From Ylistrum balloti (lineage: Eukaryota), in the NCBI RefSeq assembly GCF_031769215.1, contig NW_026781953.1:248001-312000 (forward strand): DNA of 64,000 nucleotides, read 5' to 3'. The position numbers and the translations under genes are program-made. Shown piece after piece: positions 62,765-64,000 of this stretch. The notes below the pieces were generated by a model. The model did no database searches. It was given only the letters and a program-made list of their open reading frames with translations, and was not told the origin of the DNA. Position 1 is the stretch's first letter; every line of letters starts with the position of its first letter.

Positions 62765-63330
62765 CACAGGAAGTGTTCACATAATGAAGGTGATTCACAT
62801 ACTGAGGGTGATACACATACTGAAGGTGATTCACATACTGAATGTGATTCACATACTAAATGTGATTTACATACTGAAGGTGATTCACATACTGAAGGTG
62901 ATTCACATACTGAAGGTGATTCACATACTGAATGTGATTCACATACTGAAGGTGATTCACATACTGAAGGTGATTCACATACTGAGGTGATTTACATACT
63001 GAATGTGATTCACATACTGAGGGTGATACACATACTGCAGGTGATTCACATACTGAATGTGATTCACATACTAAATGTGATTTACATACTGAAGGTGATT
63101 CACATACTGAAGGCGATTCACATACTGAAGGTGATTCACATACTGAAGGTGATTCACATACTGAAGGTGATTCACGTATTGAAGGTGATTCACATACTGA
63201 ATGTGATTCACATACTGAAGGTGATTCACATACTGCAGGTGATTCACATACTGAAGGTGATTCACACATACTAAATGTGATTCACATGTTCTGAATGTGA
63301 TTCACATATCAAATATGATTCACATTCTGA
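62765..63330. repeat. 18-bp minisatellite, about 31 copies
   Basis: Unit gaaggtgattcacatact. Confidence 0.95.
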
Positions 63331-63597
63331 ATGTAGTTCACATATGATTTCACTAAAACACTGCATTTTTATTCATGCTTTGATCTGATAGAAACAATTC
63401 TAGAACAAGAGACATGATGAAAGATTAAATGTTTATTCACTGAGTCACCAGTAAATCTTGTCAACAAAATTTTTTGCGCATTTCACCAAAATATATTGAT
63501 CTCTACATACAACATACATTTACAGAGAGAATAATGGTAAGGGAAAATGAACAATTGCCAGAATATTTTTTGACATCAAGATGACCGATGTCCATAC

Positions 63598-63678
63598 CTG
63601 TTGGGTAGAGCTGACCAGAAATCCCTGTTGCATCCTAAAGCCCTGGTCAGATGAATATTTCTGTGGACTATGGTTTCG
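63598..63678 (-). CDS. CARMIL: CARMIL exon (RNHSPQKYSSDQGFRMQQGFLVSSTQQ), most 5' exon visible
   Basis: 81 nt, phase 0-0; human has [27 protein letters not shown]. Confidence 0.9.
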
Positions 63679-64000
63679 CTGTAGTAACATCTCAATCTAT
63701 TTAAAACCAAACAAGAATGAGGCACTTGACTTCAATACATTCAAAACTAAAATGATCTTTTTCAACATCATCAACAAATAATTTTGTTGGTTCCATTTTA
63801 TTTTCTGGTGTGTTTTCTCAAAATGAAAGCCAAGCCTTAATTTTGATTAGAAATTTGACCCAATGTCTTTATTCCAGAATATGTTATATCTAAAAGTTAT
63901 CAAAAAAAAAAAATGTTTTGAGAAATGAAAATTCCTTATAACTGGCAACCATATTAGAAGTCCAGCAAATCTAGCATATCCTACAGTTCCTATCATAGTT

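Noticed and set aside
62765-63330. 18-bp array as another junction-derived repeat
   Set aside because: It contains GTATGT and CAG, but the unit shares no sequence with the neighbouring real splice sites; its ORFs are artefacts.

Overview
AT-rich animal genomic DNA, most likely a bivalve mollusc (inferred from the repeat families and intron style; not verifiable here). (1) 34.6-63.7 kb, minus strand: the 3' part of a CARMIL/LRRC16 gene. I assembled 18 GT-AG exons by hand into one open frame of 939 aa plus stop: end of the LRR region, CARMIL_C helical domain, CPI and CSI motifs, basic and Pro-rich tail. The 5' part lies beyond the window. Its introns hold many minisatellites; five are seeded at exon-intron junctions and multiply real or mutated splice sites. 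(2) About 7.2-21.2 kb: a tandem array of two full units plus a partial third, each with an unrecognised minus-strand gene starting MGCKFTK (myristoylation/palmitoylation-type N-terminus). The ORF track shows single ORFs, but a conserved AGG|GTAAGA donor and a phase-matched downstream exon suggest two coding exons. Each copy has a palindromic CRE upstream. (3) A decayed CR1/L2-type LINE ORF1 at 6.1-7.0 kb, several Helentron-like non-autonomous elements, a tRNA-derived element, a cluster of CTCF-like motifs, an X-box-like cluster, and a poorly resolved possible plus-strand gene at 23.9-27.4 kb. No rRNA, functional tRNA or CRISPR array is supported. Most long ORFs in the track are artefacts of tandem repeats. 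Exon coordinates were counted by hand; repeat and element boundaries are approximate.
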